Assembly (NCBI GenBank): GCA_964016885.1 | Contig: OZ024746.1 | Location: 2,108,001 to 2,172,000 of the forward strand | Reading direction: 5' to 3' | From: Eledone cirrhosa | Lineage: Eukaryota | DNA: 64,000 bases | Shown here: positions 41,381 through 54,231 of the stretch, piece by piece | Layout of the letters: the number at the start of each line of letters is the position of its first letter | How positions within the stretch are numbered: the first letter of the stretch is position 1 | Made by a program: the position numbers and the translations under genes | Notes under the pieces: model-generated | What the model was told of the DNA's origin: nothing | The model's input: the letters and a program-made list of their open reading frames with translations, nothing else | Database searches by the model: none

Positions 41381-42022
41381 GATATTGTGTGAGGTAAAGC
41401 CTTTACCATGAAACTATAATAGCATATATAAAGTAATGTGAATGTTATGTGAGATATTGTGTGAGGTAAAGCCTTTACCATGAAACTATAATAGCATATA
41501 TAAAGTAATGTAAATGTTATGTGAGATATTGTGTGAGGTAAAGCCTTTACCATGAAACTATAATAGCATATATAAAGTAATGTAAATGTTATGTGAGATA
41601 TTGTGTGAGGTAAAGCCTTTACCATGAAACTATAATAGCATATATAAAGTAATGTAAATGTTATGTGAGATATTGTGTGAGGTAAAGCCTTTACCATGAA
41701 ACTATAATAGCATATATAAAGTAATGTAAATGTTATGTGAGATATTGTGTGAGGTAAAGCCTTTACCATGAAACTATAATAGCATATATAAAGTAATGTG
41801 AATGTTATGTGAGATATTGTGTGAGGTAAAGCCTTTACCATGAAACTATAATAGCATATATAAAGTAATGTGAATGTTATGTGAGATATTGTGTGAGGTA
41901 AAGCCTTTACCATGAAACTATAATAGCATATATAAAGTAATGTGAATGTTATGTGAGATATTGTGTGAGGTAAAGCCTTTACCATGAAACTATAATAGCA
42001 TATATAAAGTAATGTGAATGTT
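41381..42022. repeat. 72-bp minisatellite, about 9 copies, inside a TTAA MITE (41244-42032)
   Basis: Unit GATATTGTGTGAGGTAAAGCCTTTACCATGAAACTATAATAGCATATATAAAGTAATGTRAATGTTATGTGA; single-copy homolog at ~28130-28195. Confidence 0.93.
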
Positions 42023-42090
42023 AAATGGTTAAAGAGTTTCTATTTAAATTAAAATCCTTCTAACATAATTTTACTTTTAAGTAAATACCA

Positions 42091-43171
42091 TCTATATATT
42101 AATTTGAACAACGTCAGTATTCCGTGTGTCATAATTCTCGATTATCATTGGTTCATAGGTTTCAAATGACTCCGCTCATCTCAACGACACCAAACTTAAA
42201 TTAATACGCATAATGCCAATGAGGGAGTGAGAGGGGAGAGTAAGAAACAGAGAGGCAAAGTGAACGCTGTAACTATTACCATGTGTGCGTGTGTATGTAT
42301 GTGCGCGTATGTTTATGTGTGTGTGCGTGCAGCGTTCCACAGAAAGTAAAAACTATCAACATGTGTGAGTGTGTAAGTGCACGGGTGCGTGTGTGTGCGC
42401 GCGTTTCCATGCGTGTATGTGTGTGTACGTGGGGCGTTCCACAATCGCCACGCAGTTTATCTGTCTGTCAGTCTAACATACACAGAGTTGTGAAGGGAGT
42501 AAATAGGGATCTTTTATATTTATTATTGTGTCATTTTTTGACAATTGCTCGAAATGAATACTGATAATAAAAGCAATTCGACTTTATCAAACAGTGAACT
42601 ACAGTGGCGACGGCATGCAGCCAGGAATGAAGAAAAACGGGCCGAACAGCGCCATCGGAACGCCGAACTTCAGAGGCGAAGACGCGCCACCATGAATGAA
42701 GAGGAGCTGGCTGAACAATGCCAACGAAACACTGGAGCCAAGCAGCGACAGCGTGCTGCGATGGTTGAAGACGAACTGGCTGAGCATCATCTTTTATATT
42801 AATTATCTATATCTATATCTACATATAATATAAAAGATTGGAACTTCCATCATCCTTTTGAGAAATGTGGAACAACCACGTCTATGCAATGATACACGTT
42901 TTACAGTCAGGCAGAAGATGAACCATCTCCTAGAGGTCACTATTCTAGGTGGGAGCACCTAGAATTGTTCATATACTATGCACAAACGGTACAACGAAGA
43001 ATCTGGTATACCTGGAAGATTTTTTTTTTTTTTTACTGTTTTCTGTATCGCACAGACACCACGGACTCGCCTCATACTGTAACCAGACAAACGTCCAATA
43101 CAGTCATTTTCTCTTTTACCTGTCTTCTCTTATCATCTGTTTACCCGGACGAAGCTGGGTACGTCAGCTAG
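42091..43171 (+). mobile_element. Non-autonomous Helitron
   Basis: A|TC start; subterminal hairpin ACCCGG..CTGGGT then CTAG|T end; no TSD. Internal R/E-rich repeat peptide and GAPRIVHILCTNGTTKNLVYLE, resembling the RepHel Pif1 helicase C-terminus. Confidence 0.85.
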
Positions 43172-44199
43172 TCTTAATGAAATAACTTTAGTCAATCCCT
43201 TCAAATACTTCACTGATTAATTCAAATGCAATAAATATAATTAGATATGCAGTAACAAAAGGGTTAATTACATCTCTACATTCAAATCTGAAGGTGGTCA
43301 ACTTTAATCCTGTTAGTGTCAATGAATGAAATATTAGTCAAATATTAGGATCAATGTAATGAAGTGTCTTCCTTGCTAAAAACATGTTTCATTGTTTCCT
43401 ATGTTAAAAAGTATTTTATATGTTTTGAGAATGCACAAGTTCATACATATAGATTTTATTTTGATAATGTTTTTCTTTATTAGTCACATTTTCAATGCAT
43501 TACTATTTATTTCACTGTCCAAGTCCATACAGAATTTTCAGTGAAAGGCTCTACTTAATGTTTAATACATGAAATATCAATTACTTACTATGGTGTTGTT
43601 GTTGTTTTTATAGTCACATTTGTCAATTGTTTGAAAGTTTATTTTCTATTTATTTAAATATCTCTAACCGAAGTGAAGTCACTGTATAGATTTAATGTTT
43701 TTAATGAGACAGCCATAAAAGTGACGAGGATGAAAAGGAACAGCAAGTCACTAGAATAGAAGCTAGACATCATGTATACTTAGCAAGAAGAGAAGCTAGA
43801 CATTGGATATATTTGACAGATAGAAGAGCTGAAAGTAACAAATGATTGAGGACACATACTTGTCACTCACACAATGTGGCTGTTGTTTAGTCTCAGGTCT
43901 AATGATTAAAGGTATTTCATATGTACAAGAAACCAAAGATCACATCCAATGTTAATTAGACTGTAATATGAAGGAAATTTAACTATTTCTATCAGGTTGA
44001 GCAGGCTTGTAGTCTAGTAAAGGGAGGTGGTATCCCCAATGACTTGTGAAGATGCTTAAGAAAGGAGCAACTACAGCAGCATCAAATGATGAAATTAACT
44101 GAATCAGCTAATTAGGAAGAGAATTAACTTACATGAAATAGTTTGGAGCATTATTGATGTCTTCTTCTCAGTGAGATAACTACAGGAATAGTTATGATC

Positions 44200-45180
44200 T
44201 AAATGCAAACCAGTATACCTAGCATTTGAGAGGGCCTTGATAAGGTTTCATACTCAATTGTCTTGTGGTGGTCACTAAGAACACGGGTGTTATCAGTAAT
44301 GTCAGTTTTATCAGAATTTAGTAAGGACTCTAGTAGATAGGTTGGTGTCTATCAGGACTCAGTTCTCACCTAAGCCCACATTTCTCTAGGTCACATATGA
44401 TGGAGGAATTCATGACTGGCTGCATGTGGAAACTCATCTAATGTAACAACCAAGATTTTATAGAATTGGTCAAAGTATTTGATGAAAAGTTCCAAAAGTG
44501 GAAGCAAAAGCTTAAAATCAAGAGATCTGAAAATAAACATAACAAAGACAAAAATCTTAGCCAAAATGAATATAGAATTCTATTGCCACCTGAAGTGTTG
44601 CCATACTTGATATCTTTGCAAGACAAGTGTATGTAGGAATTTTATATTCTGTACTCAAAGTAAACTATGGGTACACAATAGAGGCAGTGAGGGGTGATAG
44701 GCAGGCTGACACATTACTCTGTATGTTACAGATGTACAGAAGTAGTTAGTAGTAAAAATACTTATACAATGAGTTCTCTGAGTGAAGTGCAGATGTGTAC
44801 AAAATGTGATGTTGCATGGCAATGAAACATGTATATTAAATACAGAAGATATGCTAAGACTGGAGAGAAATGAGGCAAGCATGTGCCGTTGGATGTGTAA
44901 TGTTAACTTGAGGTAAATGATGACCACAAGTGAACTGAGAGACAAAACTGAATATTAGAGGAATTAGCTTTATTGTGTAAGAGAGAAAACTGCTGGTATG
45001 GACATGTAATGTGTATGAAGGGTGACAGTAGGGAGTAGTATCAATCAATTTATGTGGAAAGAACCTGTGAAAGAGGAAACATCATCAAGATGTGGTAAAA
45101 ACTGATCTTAAGGATGACAACAAGTGGGGAAATTCTGGGCTGGAGAAAACCTATCTAAACTAAGGAAACACGTAAAATGA
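44200..45180 (+). mobile_element. Highly decayed RTE LINE
   Basis: Remnants such as CVQNVMLHGNET, LERNEASMCRWMCNV and WYGHV. Confidence 0.7.
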
Positions 45181-45186
45181 TAATGA

Positions 45187-45348
45187 TACTACTATAGTAT
45201 ATAGCTATATACTACTATAGTATATAGCTATATACTACTATAGTATATAGCTATATACTACTATAGTATATAGCTATATACTACTATAGTATATAGCTAT
45301 ATACTACTATAGTATATAGCTATATACTACTATAGTATATAGCTATAT
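45187..45348. repeat. 23-bp perfect minisatellite, about 7 copies
   Basis: Unit TACTATAGTATATAGCTATATAC. Confidence 0.92.
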
Positions 45349-46227
45349 GATTTTTGAAGACGTAAAAGTTGATGGCTTAGCAGTGACTGTTAAGAACACT
45401 ATATATTGTATGTATTAATAGAATTATTGATTGAAAAGGCTTAGAGAAAATGATTCTAATGATACTATATAATTCATAAGAAAAAGTAATGGAGGTAGTC
45501 TGAATATACTATTAATAAGAATGAAACAATTGTTTTTTTTTGTCTATTGATCACTTGATATAATCTTTCAAATAATAAACTGATAGAAAACAAAGAAAAT
45601 ATAGTTTTCAACTATTAAAGTAATGTTTTTTCTTCCTGTGTTTTTCATTGTAAGTTTAATTATAATTGTTTGAGAAGAAAATAATTACTGATCAGTTTAA
45701 TTTTTAATGTATTCTTGTGAAATATTCATCAATTTTTTTTTTTGTCTACAAATATTATCTGCAAACAGTAAAGAATATTTGTATATTAATTCTGGAAATA
45801 AAATATTTGGTTTCATAAAGTGAAGTGTGTATGTGTGCATATATATATATACACACACACACACACACCTGTGTTTCATACAGCAAATACCTTTTGAACA
45901 CATGTTATATTTGTGTCAGCCTAATCAATCACCCTGTTTGTTACTTCTAGTTTCTCTCTTGTATCTTGTTTTGTTGTTTTTATTCAGTATGGTAGGACAT
46001 TGTTGTTGTTCTAAATATGAAAATAATATTGTAATGAGTTGTTTCAGCTGAGGTGATAAAATGGACTTTAGTGAATGAAACTGATTTTTGTCTCTGTCTG
46101 TGTTTTATTTAGATTACCCATTGAGTAATACTTATATCTCTTTTACCTGTTCCAGCCATCCGGCTGAGGCCATGCTGAGGCACTGCCATTTAACTTCTGC
46201 TGAAAAATCATACAATTCACATGTATC

Positions 46228-47010
46228 ATTCATCATCATACGTCCATTTTTCCATGCTAGCATGGGTTAGACAGGTCAGGTGACTGTTTCTGGCTTGGTT
46301 TCTACAGCAGGATGCCCTTCCTAACACCAACCACATTTACAGTATGGAATGGGTGCTTTTCGTTGTGACACCCGCACGACCGCTATGACTTTAGTCTTTG
46401 ACCAGTTAACTTTAAGACCTTTTGATTCTAGGCCATGCTTCCAGCTTTGGAATATCTTCTCTAATTCTGCCATAGTTTCAGCTATAAGGGTTACATCATC
46501 TGCATATAGAAGTTTCTATGGGTAGCCAGTCATAAACTCTTCTATTATAGTCTTCAGAATGATAATAAACAGGAGTAGGCTAAGGACAGAGCCCAAATGG
46601 ACACCTACCTGCATGTTAAATTCTTCACTATAGTTATTGTTAATTCTAACCTTGCTGACTGTTCCTCTATACATGGCTTGTACTTCCTTCACAAACCACT
46701 CAGCTACTCTTAGTTTTCTAAGAGCCCATCAGATAATGGAATGGGAGACTCCGTCAAAAGCTTTCTCCATGTCAACATAAGTTAAGTAGAGGGGTTTACT
46801 TTTAACTAGGTATTTCTTCTGCAGTTGCCTCACAAGGAAGAAAGCATCCATTGTACTTTTACTTGGTACAAATCCAAACTGCATTTCATCTAGGTTAACT
46901 TTATCCCTAATCACCTGTGCTATTACTCTTTGTGATCTCAACCAATTGAGGCCTCTATAGTTTTCTGTCTAGAGCATCTCCTTTACCCTTGTAGCGGTTG
47001 ACAATGAGGG
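46228..47010 (-). mobile_element. RTE RT remnant plus tail
   Basis: YKGKGDALDR, LDEMQFGFVPSKSTMDAFFLVRQLQKKYL...YVDMEKAFD, LYADDV. Confidence 0.85.
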
Positions 47011-48104
47011 TGAGTTCTCCATTATCATCACGAACACACTTCTGCCCATCAACATCACAATTTTCCCTGACACTGTGCCTCGCAATCCTGAACACCTCAC
47101 ACTTTTGGGTCTCACATTGCAGAACAGGCTTTTTCTGCTTCCATTCTTGCAAAGTACACTTGTCGTTTGTAGAATGAAATGTCTTGCTCAAAAACACCAG
47201 ATGCTGCCCAGTCCAGGAACTGAACCCATTATTTTCTGATCTGCTAGGTCGTACACCTACACAGCTTAGGTGTTATTTACTTTTCCTACATAGAGCTGTT
47301 AATTAAAATTATAAAATGCTAATTGTCGTAATTTACCATATATAAATAAGCAATGTGTCCTCATTTAATAGTGCTTTTTACCATTTCTTCTAGTCTATAA
47401 TAATTCCATCATCAAGTTATGGTAGTTTTTAGTGTACCTTCTTCAGCATGTCAGCACCTCCCATATAATTGTAAAAATATATTTTTACAATCTTACCAAA
47501 GATATGTTCTCTAAGACTGCTTAGCTTCGCAAAAACTGTGATAGATTAATAAAAATTAGACATTGACTAAACCTTAGAGATTTTTCCCTTTTAACAAAAC
47601 CCTGGATGGAATTAGTCTCTAATGCTCCATAACTTTCAAATGTTTGCAAACTTAACACTTTCATGACCACATTTCTAATGAAATGCGCTCTATTTCAATT
47701 AATTAATGAAGAATTTTGAAGGATCTATTAAAATTATCAATTATTTCATAACTAAGATAGTAACTTAATGTCATGGTTTTATATAGAATGATGTTGGAAG
47801 ATGTTAATTTAAATTGGAAACTTTTAAAATGGGTGATTTCATAGAATCAGAGCTGGTCTTGGCTGGGTTGGTAATAGAAGGGTTAACACCCTAGATGATT
47901 CAAACTATTACATTTCAATATATATTTTGTCCAGTTTTATGAGGAATTTTAAGGCAATTATTATTTCACAAAGCACTTGCTTCAGCCTGATTTAAGTAGT
48001 TCTTCAACAATTAGTTTAGGGACAAAGGGACTAAATATTTAAAGCTTTTTTCCTCCTCAACTATTAGACTGTTCTAAGCATAAATTTTAATGTCTATTTG
48101 TCAT

Positions 48105-48975
48105 CATCTTCATCATTTTATGTCCTCTTTCCACACTGACACAGCTTATCATGGTTGGAGTGACCTCATGTCATTCATACATTCCATATTTGGCATGGTT
48201 TCTAGGATTATGCCCTTCCTAATGTAAACTATCTTACAGGGTATACTGGGTGCATTTTTTTTTGTGACACCAGCACTAACCCTTTACAGAGTGGACTGAG
48301 TGCATTTTATTGGGGCATCAACACTAACCCATTACAAGGTGTATAAGGTGCATTTTATCATGGCATTGGCACTAGAGGTTGCCAGACTGAAGAAGAGTCC
48401 TCTCCAACCCTACACTGTCTCCATTCAAGTGTGAAACACTATAGACCACGTCTATTTTTAGTATTACAGTGCTTGTAAACAGGTTTCTTTTTGTATCATG
48501 GTATATCACCAATTAGCTCAGTCCTGTGTTATCCTCTTTGTTAGGTTCAATTTCTTGAGGTCGTTCTTCATCTTCTCTGTTTTCCCCCTTCTATATGTTC
48601 CATCCACCTCAAGTACTCTGCACTTTTTTTTATGTAACTCTTACTCTCCTTATATATACCCACACCAGCACAAATGTCTCTCTTATATGTTAAATTGAAT
48701 TCTTATACTCAACTTTTCTCTGTTTACTTGTGCTCTGCTCTTGATGTATATGAACATTACAAATCCAGCAAATTATGCATGCCTCATTTCTTTTTAACCA
48801 CCACAGATGTGCACTCAAGGCCCATGTCTCATTGCTATACATCATATAATTTGCCTTTCACTTTGTTGCCATCAGAGGTAACAGCTTTTTGAACTATTTC
48901 AACCCTATTCTTACTCTGGCTATAACACTTTCAGTACATCCACCTCTACTACTAATGTTATCACCTAGATAGCAC
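48105..48975 (-). mobile_element. Decayed RTE 3' region
   Basis: Minus-strand YLGDNISSRGGCTESVIARVRIG and GRGKTEKMKND-like remnants, ending in an (ATC)n-type tail. Confidence 0.6.
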
Positions 48976-50312
48976 AATGTAATTGTGTAAGAGCAATCAT
49001 ATAGAGACCTATGAATGATATATTTCAATCTGTGGTAATCATATTTTAGAAGTTTTAGATACATAATTTTATTTTAGTAATGTTTTCACAGTGGGATTCA
49101 AAGCATGGTTGCAAAGCTTGTGCTTATATTTGTGTGATAGAAACTGTGCTTGATGTTGAGGTTTTGTAACGAGCAAATGTAATAAGCATAGAAGACTTCA
49201 TGCAATGTAGGTAGGTCATATAGTTCATATGTAAGATAAAAGAATTCCAAATTATCTACTCTGTGGAGAATTTTGTTTAGAGAAAAGCCTCCTTACCCAC
49301 AGACAAAGCTAAGATACAAAAAATACTTTATATTGAGCGAACCTTAAGGATTTCTACTATAGGCACAAGGCCAGCGATTTTTGGGAGGGGAAAGTTGATT
49401 AAATCGACCCCTGTAAAGATGATAGGCAAAATTAACCTCTGCGGAATTTGAACATAGATCGTAAAGGAGTGTATTCCTATACTGCAAAGCATGGTATCCA
49501 ACACTGTATTCATATCTGGAGAGGGTTGACCTCCATCAGGTTTTAAAATGCCATAGAAACGCCTTATGTCAATATGGCGTCCCTATGATTCTCTTGGGAG
49601 TTATAGGACCATGCATGCAATAAGTTGGGGGAAAATACAATTGGTAGGGTATTGTTGAGAAGTATACTCAATGTATCCAAGGCATTTTGAAGAGAATCAC
49701 ATTGAAAATTAAAACAAGGTCCAAAGAAAGGAAACCCCATAAATATTAATAACCCCTCCAGATGCTCAACTTGTATTCAAGTGAAATTGAGAAGGGATGT
49801 TTGTGTGATAGTTCTGGTCATACCCATTATTGAATTGACTTAGATTATATGTGTGTATAGGTAAGCATATCTATATATATGATGACGGACTTTCTCGCCA
49901 AAAATGATGTATAAACATCTAGTTAGTCAATCAACTAAATGACCTACTCCTTGAATTAGTGCACAAAGTGACCGATTATTTAGTCATATGTACTTTTAAC
50001 TCCTAATGTCCTATACCGAATGAAACCACATTAGCAAGACATCCTTGAAAAACCCAAAACAACACTATGAATGCATCACCTTAAAATTAAAGTATTTACT
50101 TTAAATTTTCACATCTATTAATAAAGATAAAACCATAAACTTTTAAATTAATCAAGTCATGTTTGGATATTTTCTGCTAAATCATTACAAGATACAATTC
50201 TCATGTATTGGTGTGACTGTGACAAGGCTAGACTTTTGAATAACACATACAATCCATTCAACAGGCCCCCACACAATTTAATCATTTTCACTCACAAGAC
50301 TTGGGTCAAACC

Positions 50313-50348
<36 letters not shown>

Positions 50349-50520
50349 GGTTTGACCCTCTTTCTGCCTTTGTCACTCTAAATATAAATTATAGCCTTAA
50401 AGAATTAGCTTTTAATGAATTCCCTTTTCTTTCAACCAATGACCTCCACCCATCCCACTCCCCACCCTCTCCTACCACCTGAAAAGATATAAATACTACA
50501 ACATTTATTTTTGGAAAGCC

Positions 50521-50571
50521 AGATTTCTGATGATTTCTAAAGAATGAAACAGTTCTAGTCCTGTAGAATCT
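50521..50571 (+). ncRNA. Type I hammerhead ribozyme with intact core
   Basis: AGAUUU-CUGAUGA-uUUC(uaaa)GAAu-GAAA-CAG(uucuaguc)CUG-UA^-GAAUCU; all three stems can form in a monomer. Confidence 0.82.
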
Positions 50572-50801
50572 CATCTATATTAAAACTATATATATATATA
50601 TAAAGAGGGTCAAAACAACTATATATATATATATATAAAGAGGGTCAAACCAACTATATATATATATAAAGAAAAAATTCTAATGATGGATGAAGATTTC
50701 TATGTAAAAGACAAATTATAAAGCTATTGAAGTTAGAATTAAGGTAACCACTTGAGATATACATATATATATATATATCGTGTGTGTGTATGAATATACA
50801 C

Positions 50802-50833
<32 letters not shown>

Positions 50834-51994
50834 TCATACACACACACATATATGTATATTCATACACACACATACATATATATATATATATATGTGTGTA
50901 TATTCATACACACACACACATATATGTATATTCAGACACACAGATACATACATATATGTGTGTATGTGTTAGAATTGTACTGGAAATAAAAGAAAAAAAA
51001 ATCAATAGGTTTAACACAGCAATTAATCAAAAACAAACAAAAAATTAAGATAAAAAAAACTATGTATGCAACACTATTGAATCAATAAGACTTCTTTCAT
51101 TCTTGCACACCAGCTTTATTCTTTCTGTGTAAAATTAACATATGAAGAGGGAAGGTGGGTGGCTTATAGATGGAGGAGGGCAGTGAAAGTACCACTGATG
51201 AATCAATAAAAATCTCTCACATTGGTTGGTGTGCCACAACTGGTTTCTGCCAGTCATATTACAGAAATGAAAAGAAGGAAGTATATAAAAATGAATAAAT
51301 GCATAATTTTGTTTCTTTCTTTCTGTTTTTTTAAAAAGAAACAAAACATTATTTCAGTAAGCGAAGCTAGTTTACCTTATCTAGTCATATTAGAGGTTTC
51401 ACTTTGTCACCTCTCATACAGCATGTTCTCTTGCTACTACTACTATCATCATCACCACCACCACTACTACTGCTACGTCCACCACCTACACTGTTACTAC
51501 TACTGTTTCTTTCCAATGATAGATTTGTATCTTTACTATATAGAACCTCTATAAAAACACACCCCATTGCTCAATTTTATCATATATTATAGCACATGCC
51601 ATAAGTAAATAAAGTAAGTTGTCTTTGAAAGGCCTTATTATTATGCAAAAATACGTAAAAATATTTTGGCAACAAAGAATTATTTACCACACACACATAT
51701 ATATAATGTATTACCCTTACTCTAAAGTTATGTTGGTACCACAAAACATTCAGCCCACACTGTAAAGTAGTCGTGTAGGTGTGTTACAACAAAAATCACC
51801 CAGTCCACACTGTAAAGTGGTCGCGTAGGAGACACGGTAAAAAACACCCAACACACACTGAGGTTGGCATTAGGAAGGGCATTCAGCCAGAAACTTACCT
51901 CAAATGGGACAAAACCGCTTAACCCATGCTATCGTGGAAGATAGACGTTAAACAATGATGATGACATATACACACACATACGTATGTGTGTGTA

Positions 51995-52115
51995 TCCCGG
52001 GTTCGATCGGGGGTAACCACAGTAAGTAAGGTACTCAATACAGAGAGTATAAATATTTAATATAGAAATGGCTTCTACAGGACTAGAACTGTTTTATTCG
52101 AAGGAAATCATCAGG

Positions 52116-52118
<3 letters not shown>
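51995..52118 (-). mobile_element. pLTR-like fragment with an inactivated hammerhead (52070-52114, G12A)
   Basis: CUGAUGA-uUUC(cuuc)GAAu-aAAA-CAG(uucuaguc)CUG-UA-GAAGCC; same family as 50521; abuts (TA)n. Confidence 0.7.
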
Positions 52119-52151
<33 letters not shown>

Positions 52152-54162
52152 CAGCTCAGCAAATATATATTTTTTTAATTTTTTCTACTGCTGATGCCAT
52201 GATAGAATAAACAAGACGTGGATCCCTTCCCTGTCTAGTCTCGGATCATGACAACCTCTCCAATGCAAGCACGAAAGGCAGACGTAAAATGTAGGTGTAT
52301 GGGACAAACCCGTCTAACCCATGCTATCGTGGAAGATAGACGTTAAACAATTATCATCATATATAAATAAATGAAAGTTTTTGATTCTCTGTGTCTGCCT
52401 AAAACTCAGAAACTATCGTAGGGACACCCACAAAATTACATATATATATTCACAAGATTCTCGGACAAGTAATGGTAACAATATTTTTGATTTACGAAAC
52501 AAGGAATCCATTCAAGTTCAATTGTAAATATTTCCTTATGCATATCGAAAGAAACCGTCCATTTTGTTTCTCCCTTATGTAGAGAAAGAAGGGAGTGGGT
52601 AGGGGAGAGGAAGAAAGAAAACAAAACGGTGAGAGATACGTTTGACTAATTGGGGATGTGAAGGTAAAACTATTGAGGTGTAATTATTATGCTTTACTCA
52701 TACTTTAACTCTCCCCTATCTTTGCCCTTGTGCACTTCTCTTTCTGTCACAAAAGTAGGCATGGGACAGTGCGTGCTTGTATTCTTAATTCACACACACA
52801 CACACACGTGTGTGTGTGTGTGTGTATATATATGTGTGTATGCAAAAGACAAACGGTAATAACAAAGCAAACGTCACAGTGTAATGAAAGAAATATATTA
52901 TTATGTATTATTTGACGAATGTCTTGTGAAGTAAGAGCATGAAAAGTTCATTTAGACTGCAGTGGATAAGACAACCTCTGCTCATACAATGGAATGCCCT
53001 TCCCCGGAAAGACAGACGATATAAAATAGAAAAGACCCTCTATATGTTGACTATCTGATAGTCTCTTTAGCTGTGGTGCCACAAGAAAATGCACCTGGTG
53101 CATTCTGTTAATTGGTTGGTATTAGGAAGAGCAGCCAACCATAGAAACCATACCAAATATGGAATCTGTTGGACTGTGAGAACTTGTCCAACCCTTGCCA
53201 GCTCGAAAAACAGTTATAAAATGGTGATTATGATGCGTGTGTGTATATAATGATGATGATGATGATGAATATATATGTGCACAAATACATACACACAGAC
53301 ATATGTATCTGTCTCTGTTTTGACATTGAAACTGGTGCTGCTGTTTATATTCCATAACTTAACAATTTGGTAAATATTAAAGATTAACAAAATAAGTACT
53401 GTAGTCTATATGATTGATTAAATGCTTGAAGGTGGTCCATCAGCATGGCTGCAATTCAGTGGCTAACACCTGTAAAAGAACACACATTTGCTTTCTTCTT
53501 TGACCTGCACTAGCAATAGGTTTAATATTCAATGTTGGAATAGTATTAACAAGAATGAATAATATTTGTGTTGTAATAACTACTAGGAAATGATAATGTT
53601 GCAGTAAATACTAGGGAATGATAATGTTGTAATAACTACTAGGGGATGATAACAAGGACCAGGCATACACACACATTTACATCTTAATGCGTGTATTTGA
53701 TTTATGTATTTCCCTGTTCACTTTTGTATATGTAAATAATTCTGTTAGGACTGCAGTATCAATCTGTGTAAAGAAAGTATACAGTGTCATTTGGGGAAGA
53801 GACCAGTTTTTCACACAACATTGAATAACAAAAATTCATAATTTCCCTTCAATGTCTTTTTTCTATCCCTTTCTCTATATTATGATCTTATATTTAATTA
53901 CTTGTAGTAGTGTCTTATCTTGTTTTGCATCAATAATTATGTCAGATTTACTTGATTATAGATCGTGTTTTGTCTAATTATATAGCTTGATCTCAAACAA
54001 TATTATATAAAAAGCCCCACCCTGATACAGCAAATTGTGAAATTGACTACAAAGGATGTTAGGGATATATATCGTCACCGTTTAATGTCTACTTTCCATG
54101 CTAGCATGGGTTAGACAGGTTGTCATATTTGAGGCACGTCGAGGTTGGATGACCATGTCTTG

Positions 54163-54231
<69 letters not shown>

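Larger units (their letters stand above)
41204..43267. mobile_element. Family-2 TTAA MITE split by two nested insertions
   Basis: Removing 41244-42032 and 42091-43171 rejoins a sequence collinear with the reverse complement of 47652-47886. Confidence 0.75.

Noticed and set aside
41371-41985. 204-aa ORF of 24-aa repeats, or a CRISPR-like array
   Set aside because: A 72-bp tandem with no unique spacers, derived from a MITE; the open frame follows from the unit length being a multiple of 3.
42545-42802. Independent small coiled-coil gene
   Set aside because: It lies inside the Helitron and is better explained as a RepHel N-terminal remnant.
52358-52790. Second Helitron-like element
   Set aside because: The start resembles Helitron 5' ends and a weak hairpin lies near 52760, but there is no clear TC...CTRR pair.
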